Shown piece by piece: positions 10,831 through 19,983 of a DNA stretch of 64,000 nt. The notes below the pieces were generated by a model that worked only from the letters and a program-made list of their open reading frames with translations, had not been told where the DNA came from and searched no databases. The stretch is from Picochlorum sp. SENEW3 (lineage: Eukaryota). A program made the translations under genes and the position numbers. The first letter of the stretch is position 1. Every line of letters begins with the position of its first letter. Where the stretch lies: the NCBI GenBank assembly GCA_034226945.1, contig CP120463.1:186001-250000 (forward strand). Direction: 5' to 3'.

Positions 10831-11706
10831 TTATGATTCCGCCTCTTTCAGCTGACTTGACGCATATTTATTGGATTCAAATTTGGATGTGGTGAATTCA
10901 GATGTTGTTGGGAATTCTTGAACAAGAGTATGTAATGTCTGAATATAGACACTGCCCTCGTCCATTTTCAAATCAAGAACATGCCCTCCTTTGCTATAAT
11001 CTGCCGTCATGAAATGCAAATGATACCCTGGCACTGACAGGGCATGTCCAAGGAAACCAGGCGACCAGAAGCCGACAAGCCAGCCCTCTTGATCATTGTG
11101 AAACTCCATGATTGCCTGCTCCCGGGTGACTTCCACCAATGGCCTGTTGTGTTCTTGTTTTCGCACAGCTCTAACCTTGACATAGCTGAAAGATCCTTTA
11201 ATCTTAATTGCAGCAAATAAGTTCTTAGATGACAGCCATTGATCCAAAGCACTGTGAAGATCAGACCAACCAACATCATGAATGGTATGGTGGACACTAT
11301 GCTCATCTGAAAATGTGCAAACCATCATAAATGGAGAGGTGCTCTCAGGAGGAATAATGTGACATTCGCCCTTCTCAGTTTGCTGATACGCCACTCCATC
11401 GATCACAACAACTTCACCATTGAGCATACTCAACGTGCCCAATCCAAAGTCTCCATGCTGCAATACCTCACCTACTGTTATTGTACCTGAAAGCAGGCCT
11501 TCCACCAAGTCTAATATTGGAGCAGACACAAACAATGTCTGCTCTGATGAAGGCTTATCACCCTCCTGAGGTATATGCACTGATGATGGGCGCAGAACTC
11601 TCTCAATGCAAGTGATTGCGTACTCCTCAGGTGATATTCCTGCACTGTGCGACGCAAGCACAAGCGGTCGGTGTAGAGTCTCTGGAAGGTCGAGCGTCAA
11701 TTTCAT
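10831..11706 (-). CDS. alsD: Alpha-acetolactate decarboxylase (AlsD/BudA family) with an N-terminal ribbon-helix-helix-like extension; intronless
   Basis: HGDFGLGT..LNGE, PF, GYHLHF..GGHVLD metal-binding motifs; about 50 extra N-terminal residues. Confidence 0.92.
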   Translation of the reverse strand: MKLTLDLPETLHRPLVLASHSAGISPEEYAITCIERVLRPSSVHIPQEGDKPSSEQTLFVSAPILDLVEGLLSGTITVGEVLQHGDFGLGTLSMLNGEVVVIDGVAYQQTEKGECHIIPPESTSPFMMVCTFSDEHSVHHTIHDVGWSDLHSALDQWLSSKNLFAAIKIKGSFSYVKVRAVRKQEHNRPLVEVTREQAIMEFHNDQEGWLVGFWSPGFLGHALSVPGYHLHFMTADYSKGGHVLDLKMDEGSVYIQTLHTLVQEFPTTSEFTTSKFESNKYASSQLKEAES

Positions 11707-12001
11707 CGTTCAAACCCTTACCAGATTATCGTCCAATTATTTCACTTTGGCTTCTCGTATGGTGTTTTTAAAGAAAATACCCATTTGTAAAGATTCTAGG
11801 AGTCTGTAGTCCGAGAATTAGGTATTCTGTAGTGCTTTTATTGCTTCGGTCGTTCCAGCGTCTTGAGCGAGTTCTTTCTTGATTGGATATTTGATTCATT
11901 CTTCTTGGATTCCCAATCCCTCGGAAATGAACCCTGCAAAAAAAATAAAATTATTACACGTACTACTATTGTCTTTATTCAAAGGCTGCTGACGAATATC
12001 C

Positions 12002-13699
12002 ATGGGTTTGACTGGAGCAGAAGTGCTTGTGCAAAATCTCCTGTCTCAAGGAGTGGAGAGAGTATTCACTCTGCCAGGTGCAAAGATTGATCGGGTTCTT
12101 GAAGCGATTCGGGCTCTGGGTGGGAAGATTGAATTGATTTTGTGCCGGAATGAGCAGTCTGCTGCGTTCATGGCGGCAGGTCATGGCAGGAGGACTGGCT
12201 CTGCTGGGGTTGTCCTTGTGACCAGTGGGCCTGGTGTAGCCAACCTGACAACGAGTTTAATCACAGCAACGTGTGAAGGCGATGCAGTTGTCGCAATTGG
12301 TGGAGCAGTGCCTTTGTCTCAGAGACTGAAAAGGACACATCAGAGCATGGACAATGTTGGTATTCTGAGGCCTGTTTGCAAGTATGCAGTTGAGATAGAT
12401 TCCCCTCTGGCAATCGGTGAAGTCATTGGAAACGCTTTCAGAAATGCAGAGGAAGGTCGACCTGGAGCTGCTTTTGTTTCGATTCCAATGGATGTCATGG
12501 TCGATGAATGTCCAGAAGTGCATATCATGACTCCAGTAAAACCCCCGTCCATGGGACCAGGAAACAGAGAGTCTCTTGATGCAGCAGCAGCAGCATTAAA
12601 CAAGGCCAAGCAGCCTCTCATTTTGTCTGGTGGATTGGCATCGACTCTGGATGCAACAATTGCTCTCAGAGCGCTTTTATCAATCCATCCTATACCAGTG
12701 GTGTCAACTTTCCAAGGTACTGGAACAGTCGCAAAAGAGATGGCCTATTTGTATTGTGGAAGGGTGGGCATCTGCAGAAATCAACCTGGGGACAACCTGT
12801 TGGAATCAGCAGATTGCATCTTGGCCATTGGTTACGACGTCATCGAATATGATGCCACATTGTGGAACAATTCAAAAGAAAAAAAGACCATCATACACCT
12901 TGATGCAATTCCATACGATGTGGATAATAACTATTGCCCAGACATTGAAGTTGTTGGCTCCATTGCCGAGTCCTTGAGGGAACTTACATCCAGGCTTACA
13001 CTTTCGGCATCCTTGTCTCCGCACGAGAACGAGCATTTGATCGAGGCCAAAAAGCAACGTGATGAATTTTTGGAAGGAATCGAAGTAAAACATGTTGATG
13101 GTCTTGTGCATCCGCTTGACATTGTATCAGGACTGCAAAAAGTGTCGGACGAGTTTGATGACGTGACATATTTTGTGGACATGGGATCTTTCCATATCTG
13201 GATCGCTCGCTATTTGGTTGTCCATCGCCCGAGACAATTGGTCAATACAAATGGTCAACAGACTCTCGGTGTCGCGTTACCGTGGGCAATGTCTGCCGCC
13301 TTTGATGCCAAAAAGAATGGCACTGACATGACTGAGAAGCTCATTTCAGTCAGTGGTGACGGAGGCTTTCTTTTCTCTGCTGCTGAACTCGATACTGCCG
13401 TGCGATATGATTTAAATTTTGTTCATATCATCTTCGACGACATGTGCTACAACATGGTCAAGGTACAGCAAGAAAAGAAGTACCATGGCAAGTCTTGTGC
13501 TGTGAATCTTGGTGCTGTTGACTTTGTGAAGTTTGCAGAGTCCATGGGAGCGACAGGCTTTAAAGTTACAGATGCGAAAGATGTGTATCCGACCATAATG
13601 AAGGCGATTGGTATCAAAGGACCAGTCGTGATTCAGATCATGGTTGATTATTCAGACAATGGCACTCTTTTTGAAGAAACCCACGACTCCTTCCATTGA
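12002..13699 (+). CDS. alsS: Catabolic (AlsS/BudB-type) acetolactate synthase, ThDP-dependent; intronless, no transit peptide
   Basis: PGAKID, RNEQSAAFMA, THQSMDN, DMGSFHIW, NGQQTLGVALPWA, SVSGDGGFLFS, VDYSDN; these resemble bacterial catabolic ALS rather than plastid AHAS. Confidence 0.9.
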   Translation: MGLTGAEVLVQNLLSQGVERVFTLPGAKIDRVLEAIRALGGKIELILCRNEQSAAFMAAGHGRRTGSAGVVLVTSGPGVANLTTSLITATCEGDAVVAIGGAVPLSQRLKRTHQSMDNVGILRPVCKYAVEIDSPLAIGEVIGNAFRNAEEGRPGAAFVSIPMDVMVDECPEVHIMTPVKPPSMGPGNRESLDAAAAALNKAKQPLILSGGLASTLDATIALRALLSIHPIPVVSTFQGTGTVAKEMAYLYCGRVGICRNQPGDNLLESADCILAIGYDVIEYDATLWNNSKEKKTIIHLDAIPYDVDNNYCPDIEVVGSIAESLRELTSRLTLSASLSPHENEHLIEAKKQRDEFLEGIEVKHVDGLVHPLDIVSGLQKVSDEFDDVTYFVDMGSFHIWIARYLVVHRPRQLVNTNGQQTLGVALPWAMSAAFDAKKNGTDMTEKLISVSGDGGFLFSAAELDTAVRYDLNFVHIIFDDMCYNMVKVQQEKKYHGKSCAVNLGAVDFVKFAESMGATGFKVTDAKDVYPTIMKAIGIKGPVVIQIMVDYSDNGTLFEETHDSFH

Positions 13700-13781
13700 A
13701 GTCATTCGCTGATCTGGCTCATGTGTGGCTGTGTATCCAAACCCTTTCCAGAAAAGTTGAAGAATATTTTTGTAAATCACT

Positions 13782-14968
13782 ATGCGGAGCTTTATACACA
13801 ATGCGTACAAAAATGCCTCAGAATACATACTACCACCTCTCAGCGAGAGTCGGTTTGAACAAAAAGGAGTACGTTTGTTCGTATAATCGATCCTTGAATC
13901 CACTGTGTGGATCATTATGAATATGTAATGACTATTTGGGTCATATGTGTTGCTAGGTGCTTACTCCAGAAGAGTTTGTTGAGGCTGGGGATTTCCTCGT
14001 TAGAAACTGCCCTACGTGGTCTTGGTGCGTCAACTATCGACTTGTACATCTCATATGAATGTTGTTAAAAGTAAATCTATGTTTCTATAGGGAATCGGGA
14101 GACGACTCAAAGCGTTGGTCATTTTTGCCGAGGAACAAACAGTACCTGACTACTAAGAATGGTATGTGAGGCTATGGATACTTCACGACACGTTGCGTTC
14201 ATTATTACCGCCGCTTGTACTGCAGTTCCTTGCTTTAGGAGAGCTTCGGCGATTGAAAGCTACCAGGATGAGCCACAGAACCAATCACACGACTCTGAAG
14301 AGGGTTATGATTATTTGCCAGGCACAAGCAATGCCAAGCATTCTGTATACGATATCGATCAAGGTGATATCGGCGAAGATGAAAAAAATGCGGAAGATAT
14401 TCTAGATATATCGAATTTGGATATCGTGGATGAGGAGGAGATAGATGAAGGTGCTGCACCCTGTGCTGGCGTTGGGCTCACAGAATCACAGAATCAAGTG
14501 GCAGGTGATCACGATGCATCTGTCATTCTGACAAGGAAGTACACTCTCATTATTTCGTATGATAAGTACTACCAAGTCCCTAGAGTCTGGTTAATTGGAT
14601 ACAAAGAGGATGGGAGTCTGTTGTCTCATACAGAAATTATGGAGGATGTGATTGGAGATTATCATGACAGCGGGCGAAAGACTGTAACCATCGAACAGCA
14701 TCCGCATAAAAATGCTGGAGGGTCAGTGGTTTCGATTCATCCATGTCAACATGGAGCTGTCATGAAAAAGTTGTCGTCGCTGATTGCTGGGGAGAAGGGA
14801 TTCAATATTGAACAGTGCGTTGATGGTTCAGGATTCGCAATGAAACTGAGTTATTTTCACCCATTACTTTGATCATGTTGCAGGTATATGGTACTCTTCC
14901 TGAAATTCATCTCATCAGTCGTTCCTACGATTGAATATGATTACACAATGGCATTTGGGTCCCCCTGA
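13782..14968 (+). CDS. ATG3: Autophagy E2-like enzyme ATG3, 5 exons
   Basis: Spliced [35 protein letters not shown], catalytic [24 protein letters not shown]. Confidence 0.95.
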
Positions 14969-14970
14969 GA

Positions 14971-17025
14971 CTATGCAAGCCTGAATGTCTCTGCTGTATC
15001 ATACTCTCCATGTTCTTGAAAATAGGTAACTAAGCGGTCCAGGAATGCATTTTTTGATATTGTCTCAGAATCCCCGATGATGACGCAGTGTCGTTTGGCT
15101 CGAGTGACAGCCACATTCATTCTTCTCGAGTCTGAGAGGAAACCCACCTCGCCCGATGAATTGGATCGCACCATTGAAATCACAATTGCTTCTTTTTCCC
15201 TTCCTTGAAATCCATCGACTGTACTTATCTCAAGCTTTGATCCAATATCTGCGGATCGCATCGAGCGAAGAAGGGTCACTTGTGCTGCATATGGTGTGAT
15301 GACTCCAATGTCAGCCGGTCTCATTCCTGCTGCAATAAGCTTTTCAATGTATGCCATCACAATATCAGCTTCACCCGTATTTTTTAGACTCTCACCGTCT
15401 TCTTCTTTCGTTTCCTCCATATCGCACCCTGCCGTGTCGATAAAGGCGAGAACTGGAAATGACTCATGAACGAGAGGCTCATCAAGTATTCGATGAGCAA
15501 CAGATGCATGTGCTTGTATCCGGTCATCATACAACTCTACTGAGGACCATTTCATAATCTTTTCATTCATTCTATATTGAATTAACAGTGTTTGCGTGAT
15601 ATGATCACCCCATATCTTTCGTAATCTCTCAAATAATGTCACGGATAAGCCCTGCTTGGATGCTTTGTCTGATAGTATGGTGGGTGTCAGCTGCAGGTGA
15701 TCTCCTCCCAAAACGCACCGTTTACCTCTAATCAGAGCGCTCCAGCATGATGGTTCGATGGCCTGAGCTGCCTCATCAATAACAACAACATCAAATATTG
15801 GCAATTCTGAAACATGGCGGGATGCAGCACCACTTAATGTACAACATACAACATGAGCTGATGCAAGACACCGATCTACCGCAGTCTGCTGTCTCCTCTT
15901 CTCCTCCTTGTTCAGATACCTTATTTCTTGTCGAATCTGTTTCCTAGTCTGCCTATCCCTTCCACTCAACTTGAGCAACTTTCTATTCAACTGCTGTATC
16001 TCTTGCCGGCAGTCTCTTGCAAGACCCGATTCATCACTGTGCAGCACCTTGTAGTCCAAGCTTTGCTCCAGAATCTGCGGCAACATCCTCGCTGGATGTC
16101 CTATACGCACCACATTCAAATCAAGTTTGCCAAGACCTTCCACAATATTATCCACCGCAATATTAGACCCTGCACATGCCAACACTCGACAGCCACGCTT
16201 CACTTCCTGTGCAATATATTCCACAAGTGTGGTTGTTTTCCCAGTCCCTGGTGGTCCATGAATCAAAACAACATCCCGCGAGGATAGAGCTTTAGTCACT
16301 GCATCCTTTTGGGACTGATCCAAATGCGTATTGATAGGCGTCCACCCAAACGACGACTGCTGCCCTTCACCTTGCTGGCGAACATCATACTCTGGTTTCT
16401 TCCCTTCAAAGACAATCTCCTTTATTCGGCATGCATGCCCAACCTTTGATATGGTATCCAATGTACTAGAGAGACGACGATACGTCACATAGTTGGCAAG
16501 CTTTTCCACTTTAAGAGGAATACATAGGAAGGAATCATCATCATCAGGCAACACATCCACAGCAACCGTAATGCTCGCATCTCGAATACGATACACGACT
16601 CCTTCAAAAACAAAACCCGCACGACTCCCATCCGATTTATTAGGCTTTATTCGAACAATATCATGCTGAGATAACGTATGCGCTGGAAGCACATTCTCTT
16701 GCGCAGAGCCCTTGGCACTGCGTGCCAGAGTCAGGAGCGTCTTGCCCAAAAGCCCAGACTCGACGTCCTCCACCCTCACATTCAACAACACAACACCCTT
16801 GCGCTGCGCAACTGTCGCATCAGTCTTCGCAAGCATATCTTCAGCCTCTGCCTTCTCAGCTTCATGCTCCAACGTAATCAGTCGATGCATCCTCGCAACA
16901 AAGTCCTCCTCCCTTTCCCTCCTGAGAGTATGGCGACCCTTCTCAAGACCAGCCTCGTCCTTCTTCTTTTTCTTCTTCTCCTCCTCCTCATCGCTGCCAA
17001 CATCTCGTCCATTTGCCTCCCTCAT
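14971..17025 (-). CDS. SF1 helicase, IGHMBP2/SMUBP-2-like
   Basis: [56 protein letters not shown]. Start taken at MREANG rather than the ORF-track start. Confidence 0.9.
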   Translation of the reverse strand: MREANGRDVGSDEEEEKKKKKKDEAGLEKGRHTLRREREEDFVARMHRLITLEHEAEKAEAEDMLAKTDATVAQRKGVVLLNVRVEDVESGLLGKTLLTLARSAKGSAQENVLPAHTLSQHDIVRIKPNKSDGSRAGFVFEGVVYRIRDASITVAVDVLPDDDDSFLCIPLKVEKLANYVTYRRLSSTLDTISKVGHACRIKEIVFEGKKPEYDVRQQGEGQQSSFGWTPINTHLDQSQKDAVTKALSSRDVVLIHGPPGTGKTTTLVEYIAQEVKRGCRVLACAGSNIAVDNIVEGLGKLDLNVVRIGHPARMLPQILEQSLDYKVLHSDESGLARDCRQEIQQLNRKLLKLSGRDRQTRKQIRQEIRYLNKEEKRRQQTAVDRCLASAHVVCCTLSGAASRHVSELPIFDVVVIDEAAQAIEPSCWSALIRGKRCVLGGDHLQLTPTILSDKASKQGLSVTLFERLRKIWGDHITQTLLIQYRMNEKIMKWSSVELYDDRIQAHASVAHRILDEPLVHESFPVLAFIDTAGCDMEETKEEDGESLKNTGEADIVMAYIEKLIAAGMRPADIGVITPYAAQVTLLRSMRSADIGSKLEISTVDGFQGREKEAIVISMVRSNSSGEVGFLSDSRRMNVAVTRAKRHCVIIGDSETISKNAFLDRLVTYFQEHGEYDTAETFRLA

Positions 17026-17284
17026 ACTAATACAATAATAATATTTTTGACAATGTCCCAAAAGTATCCCATGGATGCATTCAATCAACACTCGAACCGT
17101 CGTTGCCCGCATGCGCATGCGGTTGCCCAACCCATATGTATGGGTACATGGCTTCATACATGGCACGAATCGCATACACGAGCGTATGCTATGAGCATAT
17201 TTCTGTGCATCAGATAATGCATCTCTCTCTCTCTCTCATTGGTTTATTTATTACACAACATGTATATATCTACTTTCAGAAAGA

Positions 17285-17860
17285 CTATCGTTCCTCTGTA
17301 CTCACATGGTAATACACAAAACTATTATTACTACCATCAGATGGCTTTGTCTTTACTTCACCCCTCTCACGCATCTGCTTTAGCATAGTCTTCATAAATC
17401 GCTTGCTCTTCATCCCTTGTGGCTCCACCAACTCCCAAATCTCTGCTGCAGTTAGAGGGCTCTCTGCCTGGGTCAGCGTGCCCCGCAGTAATGCCTTTGG
17501 TCTCTGCTGAACATGATCCTCTCCACCATCCATCATCCTATGACTCGAATCATGATACACTCGTCGTCGCATGTCCACATCTACATGACAGCGACTTTTA
17601 CTGCTGCTGCTGCTGCTGCTGGAAGTAGTCACAGAAGAGGAAAAGAGGCGCACTACATACAATAGCAATGGGATGGTATCAATCACTCCAAGAACCACAT
17701 CATAAATATAAAATAACGCACATATATCCACCTCAGATGCCGAGATATTCGAAACAATGGTGCCGAATGAAGGACAGAGGTGTTCCCAATCTTGGGCTCG
17801 TCCACGGCGACCGAGCGATCGTCGCAATTCTGCACCTACCCCTGATACCAAGAAAGACAT
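17285..17860 (-). CDS. Small probably mitochondrial protein, resembling plant mitoribosomal mL80
   Basis: Arg-rich N-terminus and C-terminal PLTAAEIWELV..GMKSKRFMKTMLKQMRER, recalled as similar to the mL80 family. Probably one intron; model uncertain. Confidence 0.5.
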   Translation of the reverse strand: MSFLVSGVGAELRRSLGRRGRAQDWEHLCPSFGTIVSNISASEVDICALFYIYDVVLGVIDTIPLLLYVVRLFSSSVTTSSSSSSSSKSRCHVDVDMRRRVYHDSSHRMMDGGEDHVQQRPKALLRGTLTQAESPLTAAEIWELVEPQGMKSKRFMKTMLKQMRERGEVKTKPSDGSNNSFVYYHVSTEER

Positions 17861-18070
17861 GGGTATCGTAATAATAATTGCACAAATAGTAGGCCTTGTC
17901 AGCAGCAGCAGCACTCGATGGTGCTGTTGACAAAAAGTTCCTTGAATAGATGAATAAAATCGACAGTGCATCCAGCATGCATTCATCCATGTCAATGTAC
18001 CCACTCTCAATAGTATAATTTATCACAACATTGTGCAAAAATAGCATTATAAATCTGATAAGGCTAGACA

Positions 18071-19037
18071 ATGCAGCACGATGAGGTTGTCTGGCAGCTC
18101 ATTATGCATGGGCATTGCAGTTTTCGAGCAAAAACACAGACCCAGAATTTCTGTAGAAATGAATACAATGTGACAGGTATGTGATATTGCCATAATAATA
18201 CACATGAGAATGGTTTTAATGCGAGTACTGTGTGTATCATCAGGGTTGTGTAATAGGAGTTCCTGTCCCTTGGCAAATAGCAGGTATGCCACCATCCGGG
18301 AGGACAAGGGGAGGTGTTATTTGTACATCAAGACGGCAGAGAGAGCCCATGCTCCTAAGAAGATGTGGCAGAAGATTAGATTGAAGCGGCAGTATGCGGC
18401 TGCGCTGGCTCAGATTGATGAGCATTTGGCCTACTGGCCCAAGTTTTTGGTGCATAAGAATAAGCAGCGGTTGACAAAGATTACGCAGTATCTTATTAGG
18501 ATGCGCAAGCTGCAGCTCAAGGTGAAGCCAAAGTTGGTGACGATGCCTGCGAGGAAGGAAAAGATGGAGAAGAGGAAGGAGGCCAAGGCAGAGGCTGCAG
18601 CGCAGTTGGACAAGGCTATTGAGAAGGAGCTGCTTGAAAGGCTGAAGAATGGGACATATGGTGATATTTATAATTTTCCTACATTGCAATATAAAAATGC
18701 GCTGTCGAAGGAGGCGTTGACTGAGGATGAAAAGGAGATTGAACGGGATGTGATGCTGGAAGATGAAGAGTTTTTTGTTGAGGATGAGGATGAGAGCGAT
18801 GATGATGGGGACTCTGTGGAATGGCTGGATGAGGCTGATGTGCCTCTGTCGGAGGACGATATGGAGGATATGGCGACGCCTTCGACGTCGTCATCGTCCG
18901 AGTCAGAGGAAGAGGAAGATGATGAAGAGGACCGTGCGGCCCCACGGACATTGAGCAAAAAGCGACGAACAAGGCGCCCTCATGTCGAAGTTGAATATGA
19001 GCATGAGCATGTTGGTGTACAACGCTCTCAACGATAG
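18071..19037 (+). CDS. MAK16: 60S biogenesis factor MAK16 (intron 18178-18243)
   Basis: [39 protein letters not shown], acidic tail, VEVEYE. Confidence 0.95.
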
Positions 19038-19123
19038 ATGCTATATTAATTAATTAATACTGGTGTAATTTTACACAGACAAGACGAATATAGAGGACTT
19101 GATACAGTAGTACAAGCGCAGAT

Positions 19124-19940
19124 ATGGGAGGAGCAAAACAACGACTGTCTTCGGCTGAAGAGCAATGCTTGAATCTGCTCTTGGATCAAAATAGACCATT
19201 TAATGTACAGGTATGGATATATAATTGCTTAGAGATGCGATACGCCTGTGTGTGTGCGGTGGTTGTTCGAAAGTCGTTGGGGAGTTCATTGTCAATCCTG
19301 TATGGTTTCTGCTGTATTCATTCATTACTGTGTATGTGTATAGAATGTTGCGGATTTACTTGCGACTCGGGGTGTAAAAAAGTCTCAGGCGGACAAGGCT
19401 TTGGCCTCTCTCGCAGGGCAAGGTCAGATTGTGTGCAAGGAATTTGGCAAGACCAAGATTTACTTTGCGACGCAAGAGGACCGTGCTACATTGTCGGATG
19501 AAGAACTCAAGGACAAGGTGTCACGTATCGAGGGGCTGAAGAAGGATGTGGCTGGGATGGCAGAGGCTGTGGGGGCACTGCAGCAGGAGTATAAAAGGCT
19601 GAAATCGAGCAAGACATTGGATGAGATGGAGCAGGAATATTCCGCATTACAGCGTGAGGCAGAGGAATTGGATGGGAAGCTAGCAGTGCTGAGGAATGGG
19701 GAGGTGAAGCAGATTTCCCCTGCTGAGATTAAGGAGGTGGAAAAGTCTATAGATTCATGTCTGTCTGCATGGAAATCTCGCAAGAGGAGTTTCAAGAACG
19801 TCTGGGATACCGTGTCAGAGAATTTGAACGGGAATCAGAAGGACTTGTTCGAAAGTATTGGGATCGAGGAGGACGAGGAGGATGTGGCTGTGCTGGAAAA
19901 GACTGTCAAGGCGTTTTCCAAAAAGAGGACCAGAGCATAG
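19124..19940 (+). CDS. HOP2: Homologous-pairing protein HOP2/TBPIP (intron 19211-19343)
   Basis: QNRPFNVQNV, KEFGKTKIYF winged helix, coiled coil, WKSRKRSFKNVWD, LFESIGIE. Confidence 0.88.
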
Positions 19941-19983
19941 TGTTTCTTTTGTTTTTAAAAGTATGCATGTATCATTATTTGTA

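Noticed and set aside
10831..13699. Bacterial contamination as the explanation for alsD/alsS
   Set aside because: Seamless 26-nt and 82-nt junctions with spliced eukaryotic genes, TGTAA signals and non-operonic orientation argue for integration; read-level confirmation is still needed.
17601..17620. (CTG)n and other short microsatellites (for example GTT runs at 35040, 62300, 63260)
   Set aside because: Ordinary low-complexity tracts in coding, intron or UTR sequence.
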